Below, in pieces: positions 23,349-36,200 of a stretch of DNA of 64,000 nucleotides; position 1 is the first letter of the stretch; the number at the start of each line of letters is the position of its first letter. Source of the DNA: Harriotta raleighana (lineage: Eukaryota). The notes below the pieces were generated by a model that made no database searches, was not told the origin of the DNA, and was given only the letters and a program-made list of their open reading frames with translations. The DNA lies in assembly GCA_050575255.1 (NCBI GenBank), contig JBNZDD010013707.1, positions 2,298,954 to 2,362,953 of the forward strand, read 5' to 3'. The translations under genes and the position numbers were made by a program.

Positions 23349-23490
23349 AATATAACATGAAATATAACATATAAATATAACATGAAATATAACATGTAAA
23401 TATAACATGAAAGTATCAGTTTTGGGACGTCCTCCCAACGTGAAAGGCCCTTTGTAAATCTAATTTTGATTGATTGATTGATTGATTTCT
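23349..23490 (+). repeat. ~12-bp tandem repeat (AATATAACATGA, about 5 copies) followed by an L2 tail with (GATT)n
   Basis: Visible directly in the sequence. Confidence 0.8.
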
Positions 23491-25104
23491 TTAAAGTGTA
23501 AATTAACAGCGTTCAGGAAAGACTATGGCTTGTGAGGATGTTGCGAAGTCCCATTTGTTGCATATTTCTCTTTTAATGAAATTACAAATGCTACAGATTC
23601 ATGGAAGTAATCTCATTTCATTCTACTGTAAGGAAGTTGCTTAATGTGAATCGGCCATACTCTCAAAGAAGTCTCCAAAAACATAGTCTATTAGATGGAC
23701 GTTTGGTTAATTTGAGGCTTAGTAGAGGACACATAACCCTTCATACAAGGTGATAAAATGGAAGACTTGCATTCCTGAACTCAGTTTCTGTTTAACCCTT
23801 GTAGAGATTGTATTCTGTCCTGGTCAGGAAAACCTGATCTGAACTGAATGCAATTGTAGGATTCTTCACAGGCTTTGCATCTGAGTTGCCTGGATTGGTT
23901 TGTGTGGTGGGATGTATTAAATTACTTGCTGACATACACACTTAGCTTTGATTCTTGGCTGACATCAGCAGGAGATGAGTCAGTCACTTATACTTGCCTG
24001 ATGGGAGATGGTCTGTTTCAGCCACAGAGGTCAAGCAACATAAGGTTTTACTTAAGAATCTGATTTGGAGAATATAATTCCACAGTTTTATAATTGAGCA
24101 AGTAAACACATTACAATGTTGCAGACATGAAAGGATTGACAGAAGGAAATCTGCTTCAGTTTTGCTGTTGTGAATGTGTCAAACCTTTGCTGGATTCCCT
24201 TCTACCGTTTTAAACATTTCACATCTGGCAATTTCTGTATGAGTCAACATTCTGTGTGCCTATTGATAGATATGTCAGAAGTAATGGTATTTAAGGATAT
24301 GGAGAGAAAGTGGAGAAATACATGGGGAGAAATACTACCTGAGTCCAAATCTACACTTGTTGATGGGTGGACAAGGCAAAGGTCATAATGATGGACTGCT
24401 TTAAGAAATGCCTGTTGCTGTACCGGGAGATGGAAGGCTGGGATATCTGAGGGATGAAGGCAGAAAGCCATCACAGTGTTTCTTACAGCATCTGTTTCTG
24501 TTAAAAGAAACTCTCTCCCAACCGAGGAACAAGTTACCATTTTGGCATTCGGGACACCTAGAATTTTTTTCTCCATTGATGGATTGAAACAGAATAGATC
24601 CCCAAGTGTCGAGTATTTTGTCGCATACAGTATTCGTTGTTGCTCCATAGCTGTTATTTTAATTAGAAAAGTAATGGATCATGTAGCTAGAATAAACAAA
24701 TAAGCATTCAGCGATGTTTGCAGTTAAAATGGCTTCAGGTTGCTTTTGTTCTATCCTTGCAAAGGTAACCTTTCCTTTCCTTGCATTTGAAAGGCTACAA
24801 TTCTTTAAACTAATTTATTTGTGCTTCGGTACAAGCCGCTTCTGATTGTTGAGAGAAATTGACAGTTTTCAAATTGAACTGAATTAAGGGTGTGTGTGTG
24901 TAGGTCGACTTGACTAAGGTTTTGCCCACAACTCTGATTTATAAGTGTCATATATTTAGTGCACTTTGAGGCGGGATGGTCAGGAGGTGGATGTGACCTG
25001 TTTAAAGTAGTTAACTTCTCACAAATAAACCATTGAAAGAAGATAGTGCAACAAAAAAAAGCTTGTTGCCATTGAAACTACTGAGCTGAGGTACCTTTTC
25101 ATCA

Positions 25105-25320
25105 TAATGATACAGCATGGAAGAGGGCCATTTGGCCCAACTAGATCTTGCTGATGTTTACACTCCAGGAGAGACTCTACTCTCTTCTATTCTCCCTCTT
25201 CTCTACTCTTCTATTTCCTTCCACATTGTGTATGCATTAGAGTTTTCTTTCAAACACAGTGATGTGTTTTTACTTCCAACGGTGAGTTCTACATTCTCAC
25301 CACTATCTGAAGAACCTACT
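25105..25320 (-). mobile_element. Degraded CR1 3' fragment
   Basis: ATACAGCATGGAAGAGGGCCATTTGGCCCA is the antisense CR1 terminus. Confidence 0.6.
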
Positions 25321-26867
25321 TCTCCACTCCTTATCATGCAAATGTTTAACGAGTCAGGAGGGGTGTTTGCATGCAACCTCAGTAGATGACCTGCATGACT
25401 TGGATTCCTATCCCAGCCTGGAATTGTGCTCTGGGAGTAGAACAGCAATGTTTGGGGAATGGGCAACGCTAGTGACTGAATTCTCGTTCCGAAATAAAAA
25501 GACTCCAGAGCCAGATATTTATGTAAATGTGTTTTTTCCTGCACAATGACTTATTGTCATGAATAAAGATGGTAGGATGTAGATCCCAGAATTTCATTAT
25601 CGCAACAGGCTTGGTCTTAGATTTAGAAAAACCTCGGGGTACTTTATAAAATGGCGAACTGCACAGATTGGTTTTGTTCTACAGCAAATGCAGAAGTTTA
25701 CTGGTTTGCAAAACGGAAAAGAGTCGTGCAAAAAGCAGAGGTTGCCGTTTGAATGCAGAAGGGGGATTCCATCAGCAAAATTAATTGTTACACTTTAATC
25801 AGTTTCATTAAAAAGCACCAAATTAAGTCATTTGTGTTGCCATTCTTTGCGTCTTTGTCAGTTTTATTCAATAATATTCAGTAATTGCAGATGTTATGGA
25901 TGACTATTTTAGTTGAGTCGAACCATAGACAAAAGCGAGCTTCAGTATACTTGAGCTTGGAGTTTATAAGATGTTTTGTCAAATGCAAGTATTGTAATTA
26001 CTGCTATTATTGTTAGAACACACCAGAATTTGCAAACATTTGAATTTTGTATTTGCTGTTAAGTTTGTTTTCTGTATTTCTCATAGAAAACTGGTTTCAA
26101 AATTATGTCTGCTTTTAAGAATTTTCCAAATTCTATTTGCGTTGAAATGCAACATTAGTGGAGCAAACCTAATCCAGGAGGAATTTCCATCTCTATCTTC
26201 TTTCTGGGTATGGCACATGATAATAGCAGTTGTATTCTCCCTCAGATTACTAACAGAATACTGGGACTCAATTAACATCGGGGATATGTTCTTGAAAAGT
26301 GTGATTTTAAGTGAAACAACGTACATTATAACAAAATCTAAATTACCATAGACCAAAATGCTCTCAATATGGGTTACATTCCTTCAGTACATTTCTGGTC
26401 TATATTTTCTTACACTAATATAAAATAAAAACCTAAAACAACACGCTAGTATTGAAAATTATAATGAAAGTTTAATAAATATATAAATAAATAAGACAAA
26501 AATACAATTAAGAGAACACTTATTCGAAATGGTTTATGTGGTCAGGCGCTTCTGGGGATCCGTATAAGAGGCAGGTAATCCCACCCCTTTATCTGAATGA
26601 CTCAGCGCCCTCCTGCCCACTGATCACATCAACCATCTCCAACCATCTCTTAATTGTATTTATTATCTTATTTATATATTTACAGTACTAAACAACTAAT
26701 ATAAAATGTAATCAGCTAATATCCCTTCAATCCCATTTTTGATTTTTTTTTCTAACTATTTATTAATTCATCAAAATGTATAATCGAAACAACATATATT
26801 GGGACGATGTAAAGAGAGGAATTCCAGTACCTATCTACATACACCTCCAGACAAATTGTCCATGCAG

Positions 26868-27548
26868 ACATTGCAGTGCAGCAATGGGGGTGTGCTGCAT
26901 TGTTGGAGGAGCTGTCCTGATGGATGGCTTGCTAAATCACGCCTGTTCAGTTGGACATTAGAGATTCCATGTTGCTATTCATAAAGAAAAGGGAATTTGG
27001 CCCAATATCCTTATCAACAAGCATCAATATCCTCATCCTGAATTATCATTCCCCCCCAAACCCTCCCCCACCTTCATCTCTGAAATTTCCGCCCTTAAAC
27101 CATCCCAATACCTCTGTACTGAATGCCTCCTCATCTCTTGCGACTTCAACCTGCACTGCAACCTAAAAGCACTCTTTCTCCACTGACTTCTCTCTTGTTT
27201 CCTCTTAAAACTTTTTCCTCTCCCTCCACAAGCACTCTGCTACTTATGTTTATGGCCATCCACTCATCCTGATGATTACCCAGGTGTTCAGTGTCTCGGA
27301 CCTCACAATCATCGATAAAACCACCAAAGATCATTAGTTCATCTCCCTAAATTCCTCAATCCCTCTCCCCACTACTATCCAACCCACCTTCCATCTCCAC
27401 CCCTGGAAAAGAACCTCTCTGTTCTGGCTGCTGCATTTCCACAAATATACAGTCAATTCATTTTATATTCACAGTATATTCTGTGAAGTGCTTTAAGACA
27501 TTTCGAAGACCTCCCTATATCAAATGCAAGGATTACTGTATTATTATA
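26868..27548 (+). mobile_element. DeuSINE fragment, old L2 endonuclease-region relic (~27110-27410) and SINE tail
   Basis: Deu motif GCTGCATTGTTGGAGGAGCTGTC; CTCATCTCTTGCGACTTCAACCTGCAC reads LISCDFNLH (APE GDFN-like motif). Confidence 0.6.
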
Positions 27549-27844
27549 TTTGCTTCAAGGCTGTCTGTATGCAATTCCTGTATATAAATTAACTGCAGAG
27601 TTTGCTTTAAAGTACATAGAGACTAAAATTTCCAGTGATTCTTGTGAAGTGCTTTCAGCTGTTTCTATAGCATTCAATACATCAAACACAAGTTTTATGT
27701 ATCTATGTCTATCTTATTATTAATAAATTAAATGGATGTGTTGAAATACGCAGATACCCACTTTGTCAACTTAATTGAATGTGAATGCCAAACACAGTAT
27801 GAATTAAGTCTGAGATGTGCAATCTTAAAGCATTGTTCAAGTAT

Positions 27845-28070
27845 TGTTGAGGAGAAATTTTTTCATGGAGCGAGTTGTTCAGATCTGGAATGCATTGCCT
27901 GAAAAGCTACTGGAATCCGATTTTGAGAGAGAAGTAGATAGTTATTTTGGGATTACAGATTTGCAGAGCTATGGGGAGACAGTGGGATTGATTTGGACAG
28001 CTTTTTTCAAAGAACCGGCTCAGACACAGTGGGCCAAATGTCCTCCTTCTGTCCTGTATAATTCTATGGA
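27845..28070 (+). mobile_element. CR1 3' end
   Basis: RRNFFMERVVQIWNALPEK (CR1 ORF2 C-terminal motif) and terminus TGGGCCAAATGTCCTCCTTCTGTCCTGTATAATTCTATG. Confidence 0.85.
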
Positions 28071-30301
28071 TGCTAGCTGCCAAGAATCTGGTTTTATGAG
28101 GGGAAAAAAGTGTATTCTATCAAGGTTCATTCTGTGCTCAAAAAGGGTCCTTTACAATTTATTTAATGGTAAGAATGGCTCTAGGACTTTCAAGGTAACA
28201 TTGTAATGTTATTGAAGAGCCACTTGTGGGATAATTTCTTCAATAACTAATGCTGGTTAGCGGAGCCATGCCGAAGTGCCTGGTCGTGTGGTCACAGTGC
28301 TCTTCGTCCTCTGTATTAGCAGATCGGGGTGGGAGGTGGGGGGCACCTAACCTTTATTGCTCCCAACTCCTCGACTGCTGGCAAGGCTGATCCATTGTGA
28401 GTGAAACTAGTCAGTGGCCTGATCTGAATCACTTCAAAATGAGTTAATTTCATCAGCATTAAATCCGCTCTCTGCTGAAAATTGGTTTCTTCAATTTCCT
28501 TGGCAGGCGGAGGATGGATATATTGGCAGGCGGGGGATTGGGGTGGGTGGGGGGATAAATGGAGAAGGGGAATTAACATGATAAACCAATTCAGCAGGAG
28601 CATGACGCAGGATGGCTTATGTTAGCCTTGTTCTGAGTGGTGGCTGAGTTATATGTCATCCCTTTGAACCCAGAACTAAGATCAAGCTGCGTTCAGCTTT
28701 GTTGGGATCCAGTTAACGATGTGACAAGACGTCATATCAAATGCAATGGTTAATATTATATCGGATTGTCATATATTCTATATCATATAGTATATTCTGT
28801 TTTGCCCACAAATTGTACAGTTAATTCACTTTACTTTACTTTATTCTGTGAAGCACTTTGAGACGTCTTGAAAACGTGATAAGGGGCTATATCAAATGCA
28901 AGGATTATTATTGAACATTTTGAATGCAATGGACCAACTTATTACTGGACAGAAGTTGCATTTTTCCAAGTATCTGCTGTCGAGCAGGGCAGCTTAATAA
29001 GTCCTATTTGCATCAGTATCATTATCATTAATCTTCTCTGTGACTGTCATGGGAGACATGAAGCTTGTTCATCCCAGGAAACAGCCAAGACAGGAAGACA
29101 GCTGCACGTAAAATTGCAGTGGTATATCAACAGCAGTGATTTCAAGGTTGTGACTTAATTTCATTTTTCGCACAATGGTTGTAAATTGGCTCAAGATGCA
29201 TCTCATGGTTTATGGCATCACCCAAAATCCTCCGTAAGATTACATCAAGTAAAACAGATGACTATCAGCGAGACCAACTCAGTAATTGAATTGAGGGGTT
29301 ATATGGTTGTGTCATAATCCGCAGGAGCAAATCCTGAGATCCAATTACTACCTGGCTCGCTTGGGCTTCTCTCATGATTTACTATGTTTTGTTGTATTCA
29401 TGGAATTTTTTCACAGAGGGGGATGCTGCTTTCTCGTATCTATGACTTGATTTAAAATCTTGCAAATATTGTTTCCCATTGTTCATATAATTTTGCCACC
29501 TTGTTTTAACTTCAAGTCATAAAAGGATAGGTTTTATTTATTAAGGAGCGGGAAGGATTAAGAGTCCACATTGATTCTATTGAGTAATTTTCAAAAGGAT
29601 GGACCTGGTTCCTGATTGACTCTGGATTCTGACATTCTGTTGTTAAATGTGTCACCTTGGAGTTAATTCCCCCTCTCTGCACCATACGTCCCCTCCCAAC
29701 TTCAGGATGTGCTGAGTCTGTAGGGCAAAAACACATCATTCTCTACCAGCCACTGTTGCGTTGAAAGGATAATTACCTGTATATATTCGATTATAAATTA
29801 AATCTGCTCCCTTGTTGTTTCAAACCACCAGTCTTTCCTGAAGAAATTGTTCACACACATGTTTCATATTTTTGCAAAATGTTGCACCTTCCCCTCACTC
29901 AAGAAAGCACTGGTGTGTTGTAAACGAGCATTTGAAGAGGAGGCATTTTGTACAGCTACTTATGTCTGGCAATAAGGTGAACTGTTGACGGTACCAGTAC
30001 TTTAAGGGGAACAGGCTTTTTTTTGTTGAAAATATTGATTTATTTATAAATTTAATATTTGATACAACAGAAATCCTTTCCACAACATTTTTCCTTTCTC
30101 CCAATGCAAAGAACATTCTGTTGCTCACGGCACATTTCGTCTCTACCCGCAAGTTGTGCACATGGATTTTTGAGACACTCCCTTTGAAACAGCACACCCT
30201 GATCAGATAGATGCTCTTGCTGATTTTGAAAGGAGCCCCAATGTGCATGGTTTTATTGTACATACATTTTCGGGACACTGAACAGACTTTCTTTCCCCAG
30301 C

Positions 30302-30413
30302 ATGTCTCTGCCCTCCAATCCCTTTTGTAATGATGTATCTCTACAGATCTGCAATCGTGCTCCTGTTTCACTTTCTATGATATATTCATCACAAACTAAT
30401 GCTTTTCAGTCTG
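30302..30413 (+). CDS. Candidate alternative first coding exon of the B55 gene (MSLPSNPFCNDVSLQICNRAPVSLSMIYSSQTNAFQS)
   Basis: Strong acceptor ctttctttccccag at 30300, ATG at 30302, 37 open codons plus 1 nt, then donor CTG|gttaat in phase 1, in frame with exon 59261. Lies in a repeat-free block. The donor is weak and there is no transcript evidence. Confidence 0.45.
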
Positions 30414-31539
30414 GTTAATTTATCTGCTTTCACTTAATGAAACCCATGAGGGTTAATAGCTGGCGAGATTATGTTTTGTTGTGGAGAAGCGTTGACCTAC
30501 CTAGGTGATGTCTACAGCTTGGTGATCAAGTAGAAAGAGAGTGCTTCAGCTTCTCTTTCCGCAAAACACTAAACTAAGATGTATTTTGAAAAAAAACACT
30601 GCTCCCTACTGTTCAGGTTTGGATACCTTTAGGCATGGTGATGATAGCTTTCATATGTCAGACACTTCTGGCTGACCCAAAATAGGAAAATCAACTGGTT
30701 TAATTTAACGTTATTAAAAGAAATCAGAAGGGCAAATGAGTCACACAGCAAAAAGTTTATTAATATGAAATCCATACAAAGTCATCACCTTTGAGAGCAA
30801 ACTGTTCTCCAAGCACAGAGCATGTGATGGATCAGGCCAATTCTTCAGCCAGAGGGAGATTTTTGGTGGGATTTATATATGTATGTAATGTACATTTCTA
30901 TCTCAAAGCCACATCTAAGTGATCATCACAAAGTCCCTAAGAAACATACCACTGATTGATCATCGAAAACATCATTAGCCTACTGCTGGAGCCCATGAGA
31001 GTGAAGACAGCAACATCTCATCGCCTTTTCTGCCATAATTTTTAGGAGCCCAGTGACATTTCCAAATGAGAGCAATGATGTTTCTTTGTGAGGCAGATGC
31101 AGTTACCATCCTCAGTCGTAGTGTCCTCCAATAAATCCATTTATTTTGCGTAGGGTTTTTTTTGGTGGCAGAACAAAGGTTTAATCTGCAAATAGTTTCT
31201 TTGTTGTTCAACATCTAATGAAATGAAAAAATGGTCAGTATTTCACTGAGAAATAAGCCTACCTGATGATATTTCATTATCCCAGAACTCGCTCTTAGTG
31301 CATACATTGAGTTCATGAGTTATTAGTGGGTTTGATATTCCCAGTGGCAGCTCTTGGGAGAGATAAACCACTGCTGGAACAGCTCATATATGTTGTAAAT
31401 CTAGAATAATAGATATATGAAGCAAGTTAGAAATGCACCATCCAACACTGCAATTGACAGCCATTGTAAGTAATCATGCAGAGCAGAGCTGAGCTCCAGT
31501 GAATCATTGTTTTGTTCTTTTCTTATCTTTCCTTATCTA

Positions 31540-31665
31540 CTCTCTACCCCCTCCTCGCTCCCCCCACCTCGCCCTGAACATTTCCCCCTGCTCAGGTCCT
31601 AAACCAACTGTCCACGTCCTCCTGACGTGAAACGCGCTCTATAAATGCAATCTTGTTGTTGTTGT
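31540..31665 (+). mobile_element. L2 3' end fragment
   Basis: Reverse complement of the 3342-3490 family; (TTG)n tail. Confidence 0.8.
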
Positions 31666-31816
31666 ATCCTTCTTTCTAAATTTGGTGCTATGTACTGTAC
31701 TGTGTGATATGTGAGGAAACACTTGTAATGTGTGGTTCTAAGTAACTCAAAAAAATCTCTTATGAGCATTAGTGGTCAAAGAAAAGGCAGGATTTACACT
31801 ATTAAATGACAGAAGG

Positions 31817-32322
31817 TAATAACAATAAAGAATCTGTGCATTTGGTACAGTGCCTTATCACAAATATTGAAACCCATCTCAAAGTGCTTCACATGATTTA
31901 CTGTACAGTATGTAATGATTGCATATTTGTAGACAAACATAGCAATTTGCATGCATTGAGAAGCCGCAAAATGAATACGCAATTTTATTTGGGTGGGAGG
32001 AGAGATGATTGGCCAGGTCACCTGGAGAACATTTGTTCTCTTTTCAGAGAGTGCCTAGAAATCTTTAACAATAGCTTGGACAGGCAGATGGGACCTCCGT
32101 TTAACATCTCATCTGGTGGAACCAACCTCTCACAATGGAACGCTCCTTTAGCAATGCACTGAAGTGTCAGTGTAAACCACAACAACAAAATTACATTTAT
32201 AGAGCGCCTTTCATGTCGGGAGGATGTCCCAAGGTGCTGAACCACGTGAGTTCAAAGTCATGATGTGGTGTTTGAACGCATAATCTTCTGACTTGAAGGC
32301 AAGAGTACTTCTAACTGGGCCA
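31817..32322 (-). mobile_element. DeuSINE, near full length, with a nested L2 tail (~32177-32242)
   Basis: Antisense tail, Deu domain (GGACAGGCAGATGGGACCTCCGTTTAACATCTCATCTG) and tRNA-like head. Confidence 0.8.
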
Positions 32323-32395
32323 TATTATTCCAGAGGTATTTTTCCAACTATATTACGATACAGAAGGTTGAGAGGGGAAATGTTATCTTTTATAC

Positions 32396-32700
32396 ATAAT
32401 AATAATCCTTGCATTTGATATGGTACTTTTTTTTCACATTTTCTAGGCGTCTCAAAGCGTTTCACACAATATACTGTAAAGTGTACTGACTGTATATTTG
32501 TGGGTGAAACACAGTAGCCAATTGCGCAGAGCAGTGTCCCACAAACAGTTGTGGATTGAAACAATCAATTTGTTATTTTTTTTAGTGGGATTCTTATCAG
32601 GCGTGTGGAGTAAGGAAACTTGCCCAAGGTTTTGCCCTGCCTGGAATCGAACCCACATCTCTTGCTTACAAGGCATGATCTCTAACCACTGAGCTACAGG
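32396..32700 (-). mobile_element. tRNA-derived SINE, short form, full length
   Basis: Complete antisense head (...CTAACCACTGAGCTACAGG), body and tail. Confidence 0.9.
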
Positions 32701-32910
32701 TCTCCACATAATTATGATACCATATAATTATATAATTCCAAGAATAACACACATTTGAAGAAATGGCAATTACATTTATCCTCCCTCACAATCAGACGCA
32801 GTAATTGAACAAAATACTGTTATAGAAAGGGTCAGCCTGGCTCATTTGCTGGTGCTGTAGCCTTTGAAGATTGTGGATTTTGACATTTTGAGGTGATAAG
32901 ATGCTATATT

Positions 32911-33203
32911 GTCCTGTAGCTCAGTATTTGGATCACTTACCTTACAAACAAGAGACCTGGATTCGATTGCTGGCAGGGTGAAATCTTGGGCAAGTTTCCT
33001 TACTCCTGATAATAATCCTTCAAAAAATATAACAAATTGGTCATTTTCAATCTACGATTGTTCGTGGGACACTGCTCTGCTGTATTGGCTGCCATCTTTT
33101 GGTTACAAATATACAGTCAATTCACTTTACTGTATATCCTATGAAGCGCTTTGGGACATCTAGAAGACTTGTAAAGCTCTTTGTCAAATGCAAAGATTAT
33201 TAT
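32911..33203 (+). mobile_element. tRNA-derived SINE, short form, full length
   Basis: GTCCTGTAGCTCAG...CTTGGGCAAGTTTCCTTACTCC...CAAATGCAAAGATTATTAT. Confidence 0.88.
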
Positions 33204-36200
33204 CCTATCTCTCTTTTAAAAACAAATGAAAATAGTAAACCTAGTTATGATTCCATACTTCTAATAATCTCTATGCACAAAAGCAATTGGTGTGGGAAGT
33301 GGAATGTCAAACTCCTCCAGGGGATAGGATGATTTTTTGAGGCTCGGGCTAAGAGCTGAACTACATTAGTAAACTACATTATGTGACTGGTTAGTCCTAA
33401 CCTAGGCGTGTACTGTGCTGGCACTGGGTGTGGGGAATGTTCCATATCCAAGTAAGGCTACCCTTCAGCTTAGTGAACATAGCATCTGTTGGTATCTTTG
33501 ACAACAGGAACTGCAATTGTACATTTCAATTTAAAGCAAAGCTCATAGTCAGTAGCAGGTAGCATGCTTTTACTGATTGCTCTGGCCAGCATTTTCCAGT
33601 CACTCAGAAACTGAGAACAATCTAGCAGGAATTTCAACCTGTAATGGTTTATTTAATGAAAGGGCAATTACGTTTGAGTAAATGAGCTAAGGCACATGCA
33701 TGTGCATATATATGTGTTTATTTGCTATGAATGGTGTATTAATCTGCCTGTATGTAAAATGCTTTGGTCCATGGGGAATTATTCTAATGAGATTAATTTG
33801 CTGAAAATTGGCTATCACTTTAATATGAAAATGAAGTAATTTTGTTTAATCAAATATACACACATTTTAGGACTGATTTGTGGCTTATAATAAATGAGAG
33901 TAATTCAGAACTGCAATAGTATGATAACACTCACAACGGTTTCCTTGGTAACTGTGCAAATATCTTGGACACGAGGAGCAACAATAGTTTTACAAGTCAG
34001 ATCAGAAATGGTAATATCAGTGCAAAAGACAAAGGCTGGTGCACATAGTATTTCTCAACTCAGTTTTAGATGTGTAAGCCATTTTGCCCACAAAGTACAG
34101 TCAATCCACTTTACAGTATATTCTATGAAGAACTTTGAATGGTCTCAATGAAAAGGTGCTACAGCAAATGCAAGGATTGATATTATTATCACTGTCTGGT
34201 GATTTATCTCCAATGAGAAGCCCAGGAGAATTTTTAAATCATTTAAAATCGGTTTCACAGGTAAAAAAATTTTTAAAATTTGTGGGGCAAATATGAAATT
34301 TAATGCCAGTAACACATCATTCGCGAGCTAAGCTGTGAATATTGGCCTCTGCTTATTGTTTTATAGCTGAAGTAACAGTGCTGTCCTAAATGTTTTTCTA
34401 CAAATAATGTTAGCATTGTGGCTTACACTGGCAATGGGTTGATTCACTTTAACCAAAACAAATGTGAATGTATGTGTCTTTCTGAACAACAAAAAGTATT
34501 TTTAAACTGGAGCAAAATTGAGAAAAAGGGTACCATTATTTTGTTTTAAGTGCTTCTCTTTTTACTGAGTAATGTTGGTACAAGAGAGTGCAATGCTTTA
34601 TTTTCTATTTGTCTCACTGAAGCATGCATGAAGCATTCCTTGGACAGGGAACAACTCAGCCAGCTAGGGCGCGAGACTCCCGCTGATGGAGCGAAACAAT
34701 ATAATTCCAATCCTTTACATTTAATATGGTGCTGTTTACAAAGAAAATACATTTCTAAATTAAAGTTAAAAAGTATTCAAAATTTGGTTGTTCCAAAATA
34801 CTCCTATGAGTATTTTATAAATATAATAAATGGTATATTTTTCATCAATTCTCATCTTTCACAATCGCTCAAAGGACTCAATAGTTAATCCAGTATCTCT
34901 TTCGCAAATATGTTCAGTCACTCATTGAACAACATTCATTGAGAAAGATCTTTTGATAAGAAAACAATGTACATTAACCATTGACAGTGGTGTTCATTTG
35001 AGTGGTTGTTTGTATTGTAGTGGCATTCCAATGATTTACAGGATATAAGAGTCACATAATTTAAGTTGTAATTTTTATATCCTGTTAATCAATGGAATAC
35101 TAAATTATAACAAAATGATTATGATCACATATTTGTAACAAACCTTTAGCTATAAAATTTGATGAAGCCAAAATTATTTTATTGCAATTTGCAAAATAAA
35201 AAAAAACTAAAATTGAGTGATTCCCAGGAATGGATGAGGAGGAATGGACCATAGTTTAGCCCTTAAAAGCAATTGCTTCATTCCATGTGACATGAGAGAT
35301 AATGATGATGTTGCAGGTGATTATCAGTTGCAAATGGTGTATGAACCGAGTAGAATATGGATAAATGCAGTGGGATTTTCAATGTAAAGCTACCAAATGG
35401 ATGCTGGATGCCAACAATCTTCTTTCAGTCATACTTTCTTTCTCTGCTCAACACCCTCCTCCCTCACCCCCACACACAAAATGCTGATACCGTGACTCTT
35501 GTGCAAATGGAACAATTGGAACTATGAAGACACTAGAGCTCAACTTAGCATTGGGGATGACATTTTGTATGTGTGTGTGAAGGAGGGAGGGAGTAGTGAT
35601 ACAAGTGGGACAAATTCAGAATTTCAAAGTCCAACAAAACCCATCTTGCTTTCTACTTTGCAAACTTTTGTCAATCTTGCATTGGTCATTCGCAGATTTG
35701 TGACTGATGTGGAATGTAAAAGCCTTTTCAGTCTTGCTTTGCTCTAAGGGTTAGGAAGAAGTTCACAAGATTGGTTCAGATCAGTTTGGCCTAGTTGATC
35801 TCTCCCTTCCAGAACACCCATCAGACAGTGTTCCAGCTCAGTGAGGATTATGCTTTGAGAGGTTGTACATGGCTATAACAAGGAATGGGTTTGCTGAACA
35901 AAGCAAGTGGCCTTCAGACTTCATGCTTTCCTATTTCCCTTCCTCTATATTACTGACTGACTTTGCTGAGATGGTGCCGTCAAAGCACCTGGGGTGTTTG
36001 ACACAGTAATTGGCCACACGTTCCTAATTGTGTCAGTTCCTGCAGGTTACTTATCTGTTTGCCCTTATCCTCTGATGGGTGCATTTTTGATCAGTAGATT
36101 GCTGATAAATCAATGTCAGCATGGAGATTGCTACTGCAGCATTATAACCCTCAGCAGTGCCTGCACAGACTATTGATTTTTTTTGGTATAATTCATAAAT

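Noticed and set aside
23349-23412. Regularly spaced short repeats (CRISPR-like at first glance)
   Set aside because: Head-to-tail 12-mers with no unique spacers, in a eukaryotic context.
24714-24770. ATG...AAG|gtaacc candidate first exon (MFAVKMASGCFCSILAK)
   Set aside because: The donor is phase 0, incompatible with the phase-1 acceptor at 59261; no other support.
29895-30371. 158-aa minus-strand ORF
   Set aside because: GTG start and no recognisable domain; the plus-strand candidate exon explains the region better.
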